Shown: positions 12,161 through 24,443 of the stretch, piece after piece
Layout of the letters: each line of letters begins with the position of its first letter
Position numbering within the stretch: the stretch's first letter is position 1
Assembly: GCF_036321535.1 (NCBI RefSeq)
Contig: NC_087436.1
Location: forward strand, 106,704,001-106,768,000
DNA: 64,000 nt
Source of the DNA: Camelus dromedarius
Taxonomy: Eukaryota
Reading direction: 5' to 3'
The notes under the pieces: model-generated
What the model was told of the DNA's origin: nothing
Database searches by the model: none
Seen by the model: the letters and a program-made list of their open reading frames with translations, nothing else
Position numbers and translations under genes: made by a program

Positions 12161-13103
12161 GTGTGTGTGTATATATACACTTGTACCTTTGGAGATCTAA
12201 TTGGCCATGTAAGTGTTAGAGCAGGCAGAGAGCAAGATATGAGCAGAGAAAGTGAGGCATGGGCCAAATGGCAGGAAACCATATACCTTGTGAACAATGG
12301 GGGTCCTTGAGCAGACAGAGAAAAGCAGGAACCTCCAGACTGATAAGAAACCATACATTTTGGTTTGATAAATTTCTTGGAGGTAGACAGAGAAAGGTGA
12401 GATAAGGCAGGAATCTCTAGCATCTGATGTAACCTTTGGCTCATTATGCCCTCATTAAAATAAGATTAGACTTGCAGATAAGAAGTACCCATCATGAACT
12501 GACATCATGACATTTCCCATCAAGACTAAATAAGAACAATAGTCCATCCTCCCCTTGGAAAGGTGGAGCTGGGATAAAAATCAGGAAGTATGACCCCAAA
12601 CGCCTCCCTATCCAATGAACGTCTGCCTATTCATTTTTACGCCCCATATAACCAGCTTGCCAAGGAAACTCAGTGCAGCTACTAGCCTGAATCTGTTCAG
12701 TCTCTCCTCGAGAGCATACTATCACTAAATAAATCCTTACTTTGCTTTCTTGACATCTTATGTATTGTCTCTGAAAATTTTCTGTGAGGAGACAAGGACC
12801 TAACTCTCTGGTAACATGAGTAGTTCTGAAGAGGCCATGGTGGAGATCACAAAGGACACCAAATAAGGTTACAGAAAGATGCCTGAGGAGCCCCTGCTGT
12901 TCCCAGATACCCAAGTCTTCCCAGCTGCAGTTCCATACACATGAGTGAGGAAGACTTCATGACACTAGCCCTAGCCAGCATTCGTCTACAACTTCAGAAC
13001 CACAGAGTTGAGGATGCTCTTAAATATCTGATCATATCAATTATAAGATCATAAATAATTATTGTTGTTTTAAGTCTCTAAGCTTTGGGGCGGATGATAA
13101 ACA
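11900..13103 (+). mobile_element. MLT1-type MaLR LTR interrupted by an ERV solo LTR and a (CT)n(AT)n(GT)n tract
   Basis: gagagatgaagtct...; gccatgtaag | gaggccatggtggaga...; ends ttattgttgttttaagtctctaagctttgggg. Confidence 0.7.
12214..12816 (+). mobile_element. ERV (probably ERV1) solo LTR, 603 bp
   Basis: TGTTA...TAACA termini, TATA-like catataac near 12645, AATAAA near 12728, flanks taag/tgag as an imperfect 4-bp TSD; splits the MLT1. Confidence 0.8.
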
Positions 13104-13705
13104 TTTGCTCTTACTAGAGAGTGCCCACTTAAGGATTCCTAAAACATCACTGGAAATATAACAAAATGGAGAAAATTGTATTGACTAGAATGCCTTAGCA
13201 TATATGAGTGTATGAATAAATTTATTGAATGTAAATCTCACCAATATGAACCACAACATCTTAATAGCATCAATATTTGAGGAGTTCACATTTTACGTAT
13301 TTGTAAAAAAAAAAAAAAATCTAGCGTCAGAGGAGTAGGATAGCAGAGTCAAAATATTTGCTAATTGCAATTAAGAACAACACATTAGGGTTTGCTTGTT
13401 TTCATATAGCTTTCTGAGTAAGACTATATGAAGCAATGACCATGGGGGTGCCCATCATAGAAGGGGAACTTCTTCCCCTGCAGAATGCAAGAGCCCTAAG
13501 TTTTCATAGCTCCAGGGCATGGGTTCCCACTGCAGGCATGCATGGTTTTTCTGTGTGTGTGAATTTTCTCATTAGAGACACTAGAATTCCAATGAAATCC
13601 TGGTTCTGGATTCAAGCCATAGCAGTACCTAGGGAGCAGCCAGCTAAAGGGAGTAATATAATCTGACACAAATCTACTGCATCAGATTGTATCTATTGTG
13701 TCAGG

Positions 13706-14131
13706 TTGTATTATTGTTCAAAGCAATTCACTCCCATCTTTGTAAGGAGTTTATATGTCCTTGTCTTTGTCGTGTAACTTGCTAAGCCACAGTGTAAGTG
13801 GCATCTACTTTCCTGTCCCTTTGGTAGACTTGTCCAGTGTAATCTGAGTGAACGTGATGTGCGCCAGGTTGGAGCAGAAGCTGTTAAATATGATTGCCTG
13901 GTTCAGTTTAGTCTCTTGCCTCTGCTTTCTGCTCTCAGAATGTCACATTCCAGATAGAAGTTGCTCCTACAGTCTGGAGGTCTAACTGAGAAGACAGAAC
14001 AGAGCCACCACTGGAGAAGAACTCTACTGGACCAAAGCCTTCATGCAATGTAAGCAAGAAATAAGCCTTTGTGTTATACGACACTGCGATGTTGGAGTTG
14101 TTTGTCACTCCAGCAAAGCTACCGAATACAC
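13706..14131 (+). mobile_element. MaLR LTR (MLT1J/K-like)
   Basis: ends aagaaataagcctttgtgtta...cactgcgatgttggagttgtttgtcac...gaataca. Confidence 0.7.
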
Positions 14132-14479
14132 ACACGTATGGGGACGCTAATTAGATACGTACCCACCTAGAGAATTACGAGTATTGCGGCCTTTTACCCT
14201 TACACAAGAGGATTAGGTGAGTGTGTGTATGTATATTAACAGGACAGTCTGGTCTAGATAAATTAAATAATTTTATATTGGGTAATTTAGTTAGTGATGT
14301 TAAATAATCCCATAATAGACATAAGTAATTGGGAAAAGCTACCATTGGTGTGTTTGCACTTATATGAAAGCCCGTGGAGTGAATTTAACACACAAGTCTA
14401 GGTGTGACAGTGCTTTTCAAGGTCAGCACTATACACAATTGGGAGGAAGACTCTGCTTTGGGCTCGTAAGGGGTTGTAT

Positions 14480-14915
14480 GAATAAAGCCTGATTTCAAGT
14501 GACAGAAATGCAAATCACACTAGCTTAAGCACAATAACAATGATTATTAATATCATATCATTTAATGAAATGTTTCTGTGTGTACATGTGTGCTGGGTGT
14601 GTGTGTGTCTGTGTTGGAGGAGGACTATTAGTTGGCTTGAAAATATAGTTTGGGGCAGAGTTGGACTCAAGGTCTTAATGTCATCAGCGTCTTCTGTCTG
14701 TCTCTTCCCTTCTGTCTTTCCCCTTTATGTTTATCTTACTCTGGTCCATCTCTATCACTAAACTGTAGCCCCCTTTGTTTTGACTCTATTTTTAAAGCTG
14801 AGGGTGAGAGGCCCCTAAGAAGCCACAAAGACTGAAAATAAGAGATAAAGTTGTACGAAGAAAAATTAGATTTGTATTGTCAGAAGAGGGAATAGGTGCT
14901 AGGCAGGCCAATTAA
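14480..14915 (-). mobile_element. MaLR LTR (MLT1K/L-like)
   Basis: caagtgacagaaatgcaaatcacactagcttaagc ... cagaagagggaataggtgctaggcagg. Confidence 0.55.
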
Positions 14916-15489
14916 AAAAAAAATTTATCACGGGGAAGATCGCTCAAAGACTGTGCTCAAGACAGCACAGATGTTTGCTAAGTTTCTTTTTAAGAAAAGT
15001 GGAAAAGGGTTCAGTGCAAGTCACTGGTTTTGCTAAGAGAAGTAAGCCACCTTGGGGCCAGAGCTGAATTGTTCAGGATGACAAAGGGGGAAAAGGAACG
15101 CCACCTTGTCCCAAGGAAACAAGCTCTCTGCTAAAGGAACATTCAGCAACTATTTTAAAATAGCAGTTTGAAGATGAGCTTGTGCAAACTTACAAGCTGG
15201 GCAGGGGGATCTCAGAACTGGCTTCAGCACTGTGTCTAGACAGTGCCTTTGGTTCTAAACATATTACAGTGCCTTGATATTCAAGATTGGAGTGGGAAGA
15301 ATTAGTTCTCTCCGTCAAAAAGTGGAATCAGTTGGTCGCGAACTTTTTCCCACTTTGATTCTTTCGGTAGCATTGTGTGTGCATGATTCAGTGCCTTTGT
15401 CTTTATTGAAAAAAATTCAAATATTTAAAAAGCTTTTTAAATACAGTCTCCCAGGTGTCTGTTGCAGCCTGGGGCCCCTTTCCTTTCTT

Positions 15490-15560
15490 CTATTGTTCTC
15501 TTAATTGTTACTTCACAACAATTAGTTGGGAATTCATATGCAAATATATGCAAATGAAAA
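15490..15560. promoter_or_regulatory. candidate SOX/POU enhancer motif cluster
   Basis: ATGCAAAT at 15538-15545 and 15548-15555; SOX-type ATTGTT/AACAAT at about 15492, 15504 and 15517; repeat-free context. Confidence 0.4.
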
Positions 15561-16152
15561 GGGGCTCAATGTATGAGATTTTTTTTACTACTAGTTAATT
15601 TCTACTTTGGGATCTACTGATAAGATCTGCAAAACTGATTTTTTTGTACCCTTACTCCTTGGGGACATAAAAGAGAAAGGGTGGCATGAAAGCCACCTAA
15701 ATATCTCAAAAGCTCTGCCATTGTTAAGATTCTTCTTTAGCTTGGAAAATGTTTTTTAATTATTTTTTCCCTTGTCTGCCTTGCTTTCGTAGAGAATGTT
15801 GTGTTGAAGCTTCCACTATTTGTTACTGACTGTTATTTAGAATCCAGACTGGCATTTGGAGTATTATAATCAATATGGGAATGGACTGGGAAAGGAAAGG
15901 AATAATTACCAAAAAAATTAATGAAATTTGATTGATTGATATTGAAATCAGTTTGAAAACATCACAAAAATGTATTAAATTAAATATTAAATAAACAAAT
16001 CGACTAATTTATTAAATATTAAATATCATGACTGGAGGGAGACCTAATGGATAAACTAAAAATACTTTTAAGCTTCTGCGAAACATCAGCTCATTTGTGT
16101 GGTGGAGGGGGGTTAGCTAAAATCTAACAGTTAAGAGTTTGATTTTCCTTGA

Positions 16153-16834
16153 TGTAATATATTAAAAGATGTCTACCGCACAGGGAACTATATTCAATAT
16201 CTTGTAGTAACCTATAAGGAAAAAGAATATACGTGTGTATATGTATGACTGAAACATTATGCTGTACAAGAGAAACTGACACAACATTGTAATCAGTTGA
16301 AAAAAAAAAAAAGATTTCTGCAAAATCTTTGCTGTTCTATCCTTAAGAGAGGGAGTTTATTTTCCAACCCTTGGAATCTGAACTTTGCCTTAAGTGACTT
16401 GCCTGACCAATGGATGCAGCAAAAATGGCCTCTGGGGCTTCTGAGACTGTCAAAAGGTGTCCTGCCGCTTTCACGGGGCTGAAAGGACACTTATTCGGGA
16501 ACTCCCTCAGCGGCTCCTGCTGTAAGGAAGTCCGATTGGACTGCGGATGAGACCTCATGGATCACAACCAAGTTACCCTGACAAAAGACTAAGCCAAACT
16601 CCCAGCCAACACCAGCACCGACTTGCTGGCCCTGTGAGTGAACCATCTTGGAAGTGGATCCCCTCACACTGGTCAGGCTGCTCCAGGTAACACCTCATGG
16701 AGAGGAGATGGGACACCTGGTGAAGGGAGCTCTTCCTAAATTCCCCAACCACAGAAGCATGATCCAAATGAATTTTTGTTTTAAACCACTACATTTTGGG
16801 ATAGTTTGTTACACATCAACAGGTAACAGGAACA
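16153..16834 (+). mobile_element. MLT1F/G-like MaLR LTR
   Basis: tgt...attaaaagatg...gagagggagtttattttcc...cttggaatctg; ends ttttaaaccactacattttgggatagtttgttacac...aaca. Confidence 0.8.
16177..16308 (+). mobile_element. ~130-bp 5'-truncated lineage-specific L1 3' end
   Basis: gcacagggaactatattcaatatcttgtagtaacctata...poly-A; TSD aaaagatgtctac / aaaagatttctgc. Confidence 0.85.
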
Positions 16835-17594
16835 CTAGATATGGATTAAAAAGAACAAAGAGGAAAAAAAAAAAAAAACAGCTGTCTTTGAGAAAGCAGT
16901 CCTTTGCCAAGCTAAATAGGTGATCTCTTCACAGATGGTTTAAGAACAGGAAGCAATGACATCCAGTTTACAAATGCTAAAAGCAGCTTTTAATTGGTAA
17001 GGTTTCCTTCCCTACATTTAACCTTGGCTCTTTCCGTCTCTGTTCACCAGTGGAAGCCCTGGAGGAGAGGGAGGGGCACGCTGGTGAGGATAAATGTGCC
17101 GGCCAAGACTCGGATGTCCTCTGCACAACCTACAGATGCCTCAGTGACTAATCTTCATCTGCAGATAATTCAGAAACAGGGCAGATCCCTCGGATTTGAA
17201 AATGGGAACTAAACCTCATCCATCTTCTCCTGATGGCTAAACAGGCTATTATTAGCAGGCCAGATGATTTAATAGGCCGGGGATGGAAAGGCACATGTTG
17301 ATAATTAAACACGCCAGAGTTCCATTCCAAAGCAAGTGTCCTTTAATAACATGACTAAGGTTTGTTTGCTTTTTAAACCCTTCTCTCCCACTTCCAAGAC
17401 TTTGGAATGTGTTCAGGCATTGATGTAAACATTTCTGATACATAGAATGATGTGTGTCAAACCAAAGCTCAGTTGTTTGGGCGACATGTTACATGGGATT
17501 GCTTGTCCTGAGTCAGCTTTATAAATTTGTACATCCATGAATTCTAAAAAGAAACTGATGCACTCCTTCAGCAAATAAGAACTGAGGTCTAATA

Positions 17595-17760
17595 GATTGT
17601 GGTAGAGTGATAGCACCGTGTTTCAGTGCTACCTCTGCCTGGGGGCTATTTGACCTTGAGCAAGACAGAGCATCTTTGGTGCCTGAGTTTGATCATCTAA
17701 AAGTGAAGAATACTTAATTCTAAGGTTCCTTCCAGCACTCAGGTTTGTTCATTCTAAAAA
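17595..17760 (+). mobile_element. MIR3-like SINE
   Basis: tgaccttgagcaag...gcctgagttt...ctaaggttccttccagcac. Confidence 0.6.
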
Positions 17761-17924
17761 TTTCATTGTCAAACTGACTCCTCCCAATTAAAAATATGTT
17801 TAGAGGGTAGTTGAGTTAATAGAATATGGATTATTTTTTGCTTTAAGCACGTGCATCGATATTCTCAGCCTTCTTTATTTACTATATTACCTGAAATTCT
17901 TTTTAAAAATATTGTTATTCGACA

Positions 17925-18150
17925 ATAGTAAATAATTATCTTACTTATGACTGTGTGCCAGGCACTGAATTGGAAGCGTTACAAATGTAATCTGATATAT
18001 TCCTTGTGACAACTAATTGAGATAAGATATAATTAGCTCTACTTTACAGATGAGATGTTTAGGTCTCAGCAACGCTTAGTGTTATAACAAGAGTGGTGAA
18101 ACTGACTCAAATCCAGTTCCGTGTGATGCCAGAGCACAAACGCTAATGTA
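17925..18150 (-). mobile_element. MIR SINE
   Basis: actgtgtgccaggcactg...actttacagatgag...gatgccagagc. Confidence 0.75.
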
Positions 18151-18789
18151 TTTCTTCTACAACTCTTTATTTAAATGCTTACAGTCAGCATGAAGACCAA
18201 CAGAGGGTTTTAAAGCAAAAAAAAAAAAAAAAATCTAGTATATGTGTGTGTGCATATACACACACATACACCAGAAACAACGTAAAATTGAAGACTGCAA
18301 AGTCAGCAAGCTCAGTGAGAAGGGAAGATGCCAGGGATGATGTTCATATTGATCTCTTGGGTGATTCTTTTCCATCCTCGGCTTGGAATAGGCTTCAGGG
18401 AGGAACTGAACTACAGTGCAAGGGAAAAAAATGAAATACTTTTCCAGAAGAATATTCTTCCTTCTCTTTTGAGCTAAGGCTGCTTGATGTTACCTTTGGT
18501 GCACGGCGGCACTTCCAGGAAAGGGACTTTGTTTTGTTAAGCTGGAGAATCACCATCTGGACATTGCTGTCTGTTGTCTGTTTCTGGAGCTGCACACTCA
18601 GATGCTTTCTTAACAATAGGCTTCCATTGTTCTGAGAGAGTCATCCCTGTGACCTTTCACTTAAATAAATGCAGAACAAATCCAAATCTAATCTTCCAAA
18701 GGTAGCATGTCTTTTTGACTCAATTAGGGCTCAAACTCAGGCTGAGTCAGCCTCTGGTGCTCCCCCCAGCACACAACCACAAGAGTTGG

Positions 18790-19667
18790 GCAAGCGGGAA
18801 ATTTTGCAGAAATGAGTTCCCTAAATCAGTGGAGGGGTTTCCAAACATTTAGAACACATTTGATGGGTTGAAGTGATCCTGATTGAGGCCAGCATCAGGA
18901 AAGACTAGAAGCAGACAAGGAAAGGTGTACTACCAGATGCTATTAACCACATTTCAACCATATCCACATGGCTTCTGTTATGAACTAAATCTTTGTGTCT
19001 TCCCCAAATTCATATACTGAAGTCCTAACATCCAGTGTAGTGGTATTTGGACATAGGCTTTTGGGGAAGTAATGGGGTTAGGTTACAAGTGTGGGGCCCA
19101 CAGGATGGAATTAGAGTCCTTCTAAGAAGAAGAAAGAGATACCTTTTTCTCTCTCCCTACGTGCATTGATACTGAAGACATAGTGAAAATCCCTTGTCTG
19201 CAACCCAAGGAGAAAGACTTCACCAGAAACTGAATTGGATGACTCCTTAATCTTAAACTTCTCAGCATCCAGAACCATGAGAAAATGAATTTGTGTTGTT
19301 TTAGTCACCCAGTCTATTTGGTTACATCTGCCCAAGCAGACTAAGACAGCTACTCTTTACCATTTCTCTGCATTCTTCTCCTGGTTTTGGTATGTTTTGG
19401 CTTCCAATGGCTATCAGGAAGCTCATCTCTTGGAGAACAGCTCTTGGGAATTCTCCTGACCCTATTCAGATCAAGATAACCCTACAGTGTTATTTATCCT
19501 CCAGAGTTCCCCTTCAGCAACAGGGTCAGGAAAGCACCCTGTTCTGACTTCTCCTTTCCTGTGCTTCCTCCCCTTCTTGACAGTTTTTCCTAAGATAGTT
19601 CCTTACTAAGTCACATCCACATGAATCTTGTCTCAGAGTCTGCTTCTGGAGAATCTGACCTAAGATG
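18790..19667 (+). mobile_element. LTR16-like ERVL LTR interrupted by MLT1A
   Basis: 3' end atgaatcttgtctcagagtctgcttctggagaatctgacctaaga; 5' boundary uncertain. Confidence 0.6.
18976..19348 (+). mobile_element. MLT1A-like MaLR solo LTR
   Basis: tgttatgaactaaa...ccccaaattcata...gcagactaagaca; 5-bp TSD gcttc/gctac. Confidence 0.85.
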
Positions 19668-20252
19668 CTCTCTATTAAAAATGCAATGCTGCTCTGTTGA
19701 CCTGGCTACCAACTGGCCTGTAAAGGTTGGACTCAGGGGATTGCAGGAAATTCATGAAGAATCCTTATCATGTCTTCACCTTTATGCTTAGTACAAATGC
19801 GGAAGATCTGGTAGACAGGTAGGGGTTTCTTTAACCTCTGAAACAGCCAAACTGAGTTAACTGCTTTAACCTCCTAGGGTGCCCACCCAGTCTACAATCT
19901 ACAGTCTTGTCTCTGAGAAGTGCTCTCCCACCTCCAGGCTTACAGAGGTGGGCTGCCCCACCGTCCACATTCCAGCCCCTCCGGCATTCTTTCAACTTGA
20001 ACGTGTGTTATATTTTCACGAGGGCTTTGCACATGCTGTTTGCTCTTCCACTCTGCCTGAAACTCCCTTCTAACCCCACCTCTAGTAATCCAGCTCTCCC
20101 AGAATTGTGAGGATGTTTTGGAAAACATGGCCATGTGTAGGAAAATATCTGAACCACTAAACCTGTGAAATTCCTCATGACTTACAGTTACCCTCCTTTT
20201 GGAAAACTACTGAGTCAGCTGCCCTGTTCTACAGATTCCAGGACCAGCTCTC

Positions 20253-20269
20253 TGCCCCCAGGGGGCGTG
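20253..20269 (+). promoter_or_regulatory. candidate CTCF site
   Basis: CCCCCAGGGGGCGT versus core CCACCAGGGGGCGC (2 mismatches). Confidence 0.35.
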
Positions 20270-20359
20270 GCTTCTGTGTTTACTCACTGATTCCTCCCTC
20301 TGCCAACTGCTCCAGCTCTCATCACCATGTGGTTATTAAAAGGGCTCTTTTGTCAGCCA

Positions 20360-20542
20360 ACATTCATCTCTGTCCTAGAACTAGCATCATTAGTATCACC
20401 TAATAGCTTATTAGGAAGGCAGATCCGTAGGCCCCATCTCAGGCCTATTGATTCAGAAACTCTGAGGATGAGCCCATCAACGTGTGTTTTAGCAAACCCT
20501 TCCTGCCATTTTGATGCACATTAAATTTTGAGAATAACTGAT
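20360..20542. mobile_element. MER5A
   Basis: ggccccatctcaggcctattgattcagaaactctg...tgatgcacattaaattttgagaa. Confidence 0.8.
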
Positions 20543-20685
20543 CTCAGTGTTAACAGGACTTTGAATCTTGACATACAACGGTAGATTCTAGGGAAAAAAA
20601 AATGCTAAACAAGCAAGCAAGCAAGCAATCTTTCCTCAAAATCTTGGCTCTTGGAAATCATAAGTGCTTTAGCTATCAGATGATT

Positions 20686-21142
20686 TGTATTAATCTGCTC
20701 GAGTTGCCATTAACAAAGTATTGCAAACCAAGTGGCTTAAAGAATGGAAAGTTATTGTCTCACAGCTCTGGAGGCTGGAAGTCCTAAACTGCAGTGTCAG
20801 TGGAGTTGGCTCCTTCTGAGGGCTGTGAGGAAGCACCCGTTCCATGACTCTCTCCTAGTTCCTGGTGGTTTGCTGGAAATCTTTGGTGTTCCTTGGCTTG
20901 GGAGAGCATAATTCCATCTTCCGATGGTGTTTTCCCTATGTCTCTGTGTCCAGATTTCCCCTTTCTAGAAGGATATGAGTCATTTAGATTAAGGCCCACC
21001 TTAGTGACCTCATTTTAACTTTGTTAGCTCTGCAAAGACCCTGTCCCAAAATAAGGTTGCATTCTGAAGTCCTGGACATTAGAACTTCAGTATCTCTCCT
21101 TTTTTTTTTTTCCCCCAGTGGGTCACAGTTTAACCCACAACG
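20686..21142 (-). mobile_element. MLT1B/C-like MaLR LTR
   Basis: tgtatta...gtggcttaaa...ttgtctcacagctctggaggctggaagtc...cacagtttaacccacaac. Confidence 0.85.
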
Positions 21143-21337
21143 TGATTAAGTCTGTTTTTTTTCCTGGGCTATATTCACTCTCCTACTAAGGCAGTGACTA
21201 CAGCTGAGTGGTTGATAAACAATGAGAAAATGAGACAATGAGGAAAATTTTGAAAAAATTAATTATTGTCTCATAAAAATAGTTTAGTAGAAGCAGGAAG
21301 ACTAGGAACTCAGTTCATCACAAAGTTCAAGGCTCAC

Positions 21338-21722
21338 TGTCTTAGTCAGCTCAGGCTGCCATGACAAAACACCACAGACCGGGTGGCTGAAAGAACAGAC
21401 ATTTATCTTCTTATAGTTCTGGACGTTGGGGATTCAGGATCAGGGTGCTTCGTGGTTGGGTTCTGGTGAGAACGCTCCCCTTAAGTTACAGACGGCCTCC
21501 TTCTTGCTATGGACTCACATGATCTCTTCTTCATGAGAGCATAGACAGTGAGAGCAAGCTCTCTGGTGTCTCTTCTTATAAAGGCACTAATTCCATAATG
21601 AGGACCCCACCCTCATTACCTCATCTACTTCCAGAGATCTCATCTCCAAATACCATCACGTTGGGAGTCAGGGCTTCAATGTATGAATTTTGGAGGGGTG
21701 CTCAAATATTTCATCTGTAACA
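21338..21722 (-). mobile_element. MLT1A-like MaLR LTR
   Basis: tgtcttagtcagctcaggctgcc...ccaaataccatcacgttggg...gtaaca; followed by a MER5-like remnant to about 21835. Confidence 0.85.
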
Positions 21723-23564
21723 CTTATCCAGGGAGATTCTGATTTATTTCATCGAGAGTGGAGCCGGTCCACCTAAATTTTTAGAAATTCACAGGTAACT
21801 GGATACATAGCTAGTCGTTCAAACCTTTGTGCTAGATCTTTATTTCTATGGAAGATTCCAATAATTTTGTAATGCCAGTTAACACAGAAAAGGAAATGAA
21901 AGTAATCGAAGCTATAGCATCTTGCCCCACGCCCTGATTGTTGTGTGTGTGTTTGGTCAGCCCATCTCTTCTGTAAGTACCTGAAGAAAGGTCACTCTGT
22001 TTCTGATAGTCCTTCTCCGGATCCCCACAGAGGTGGCTATGTATTAATTTCTTAACAAATATAAACTGATTGGTGAAATAGAATCCTGGATTCTTTACTT
22101 CAGCCCCTTTGTTTCAACAGCTATACAAATAAAAAATCAATACATGCACATTATTAATTCTCTTCCATGATAGAGAAATGCAAGGAACACATGTTGAAAA
22201 TTTACTGTGTCTAGCCAGGTAACAGAGACAATAAAAGCCAAACTCAGCCTCTAACTAATAATTAGTCTCTCTACTCTCTTTCTTTTATACTCTGACTGCT
22301 TAGTAAAACTACTGTATTGATGTAACTGGCCAAAGCTTATCTGAGTGCTGCTGTGAGATGTCTTAGGGTTGCAAAAGGGATCAACAGATTTCTTTCCTAT
22401 ATAGCTACATTATGGATGGAGAATTAGGGAAGACATGCTCAAACCCCTGCCCCTCCCTCCACTTTCATCCTTTGTTTAAAAATCAGAGTATTTAGGATGT
22501 TAGGATCTTAGAAAATATGTTATAAAAATAGTAATCTGAAAGTCACAATCTCCCTTCCCAAATTCGCTGTCCAAAAATCAGAGTAAAACCACTTACATGC
22601 TACTGAGTTCTGGAAAATAACAGTTTCCTATCTGTCCACCTATTACAGGATTCTTCTGTTAAGTCCAGAACACGCTGATTTGTTTGGAGAGATAAATTCC
22701 ACCCCCAGCATCTCTTTAATAATCCTTTTATACTTTCTTCTTATCTCTCCTCTTCCTGCTATTGTTTGATAGTGCCACTTAAACAGGTCTCTCCACAAGG
22801 TTGCTCAAATTAAACATGAGCCAGCTCAGTAAGCAGCTACAGAAAACTACTGACGGTATCTAGCAAGATAAACATCCACACACCAAACTTTTGAGATTTA
22901 TTTCTACCTTGATTGTCTCCAGGGACTCTTTTTCAAGACCAGTTGACTTACTTTCTCTTATAATCTCCGATATTAGGGCTTCTGGTGCCAAATGGACCCC
23001 GGGTGCATTGATAATTAGCAAGATTTCTCTTCATTTTGGTGATAAGAAGTTTAATGTTTACATGGTCTGTTTTCAGTTCAAGAGAATGAAACTCTACTTT
23101 TAGAGATTCATTTCTTTGAATTAAACAATATCAGATAGGAAAGAAATAATGTATCCTTTATCTGTGGTCCTCTAGATAAGGCAAAAAACCAAATACAATA
23201 ACAATCTAAACAGCAAACAAGCAAAAAACAACAACAACAAAGAACAAGTTCTTGGCTAGCATCTAAGTGAGATGGTCCTCTTGGAGGAAACTCAGACAAG
23301 CTAAGAGTATCAGATGCCTAAATGGTAGGGGGCTGGGTACTCCAAGGGGAAGATAAGGTCGTGGAATAGATAAGATAGGAAAGTTACAGGTGGGAGGTAT
23401 CACAGGTATTCTTAAGCTGTTTCATATTTAATCAAGTGCCAACCCTGCTCTAGGGCAGAAATCCTCTCTTCGCTCTTGTGTAATAGTGGACTGAGTAATA
23501 GGTTCAGACATGCTCCTTGGGAAATCTGCTCTCCCCATTGTTACTGGTGAAAATGGGGTGATAC

Positions 23565-23700
23565 TGAATGTCATTAAGCTCAGTCTCACCGTCTGTAAAA
23601 GTCTCATAATAACCAGCATCTAACAGTGTTGTTGGGAAAAGAAAATAAAATAATGATTATAAAGTATCTGGATTGTACAGAGACCACAGAAATACTAGCC
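23565..23700 (+). mobile_element. MIR fragment
   Basis: gctcagtctcaccgtctgtaaaa...ataataacc...gtgttgttg. Confidence 0.55.
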
Positions 23701-24079
23701 TGCACCCAGGGTAGCAATCACCCCTTGGCCTCATGTACCATTTAGTATTTTGCCTTTTCTCCTGCCCCCATAACATAGGGAAAATAAAGATGTATCACTT
23801 GGGCAGAGCATAATACACCCTGTGTAAGATTCACATGACCACTGGTAGCTGATGGGTTGGCTCTGCGTATTTTCTCTCCCTCTGTGCTTCCCACATGCCT
23901 CAAAGGACAGAAGAAGTGCTTGGCTTGGGCTTCGAGTATGTGGCCCTGGTGATTTTCAACAACAGCCCTTTCAACAGTGGAAAACTACTGAAAATTCCAC
24001 GCCTTATTTTCCTATAATATGAATACACAGGTTCCCAAACACACCTAGAATATGCATTGGAAGAAAGACAGATGCTCCT

Positions 24080-24260
24080 ATATTATACTATATATTACAT
24101 TATTATAATATATTACTTTTATTATTTTAATATACATATGTTAGCATATTATATACCCTAGTATACAATTTATTATAGCATAGCATTATGTTAATACTAT
24201 ACTATTATTTAATATTTTACTGTTATATAGTAAATACGCATTTCTCTATATTTACTATGT
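24080..24260. repeat. AT-rich low-complexity tract
   Basis: degenerate (TA/TATTA)n. Confidence 0.7.
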
Positions 24261-24408
24261 ATTCTTTTGGAATGCACAGTGAGATGCTCTTAACAACAGA
24301 TGGCAGAAAATGTGGGAAACAAAGTAAAATCAGTAGTGACGACTTGTTCACAGGTAATCCGCTTTCAAGTAATGTGGAATTCAGGGGGAAATAAAGAAGT
24401 GCTGTGTT

Positions 24409-24443
24409 TGCGTGTGAGTGCGCGTGCGCGTGCGCGTGCGTGT
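24409..24443. repeat. (GCGCGT)n / alternating purine-pyrimidine tract
   Basis: tgcgtgtgagtgcgcgtgcgcgtgcgcgtgcgtgt. Confidence 0.9.

Noticed and set aside
13305..18238. Two poly-A runs each followed by tctag
   Set aside because: No shared upstream sequence or TSD; coincidence
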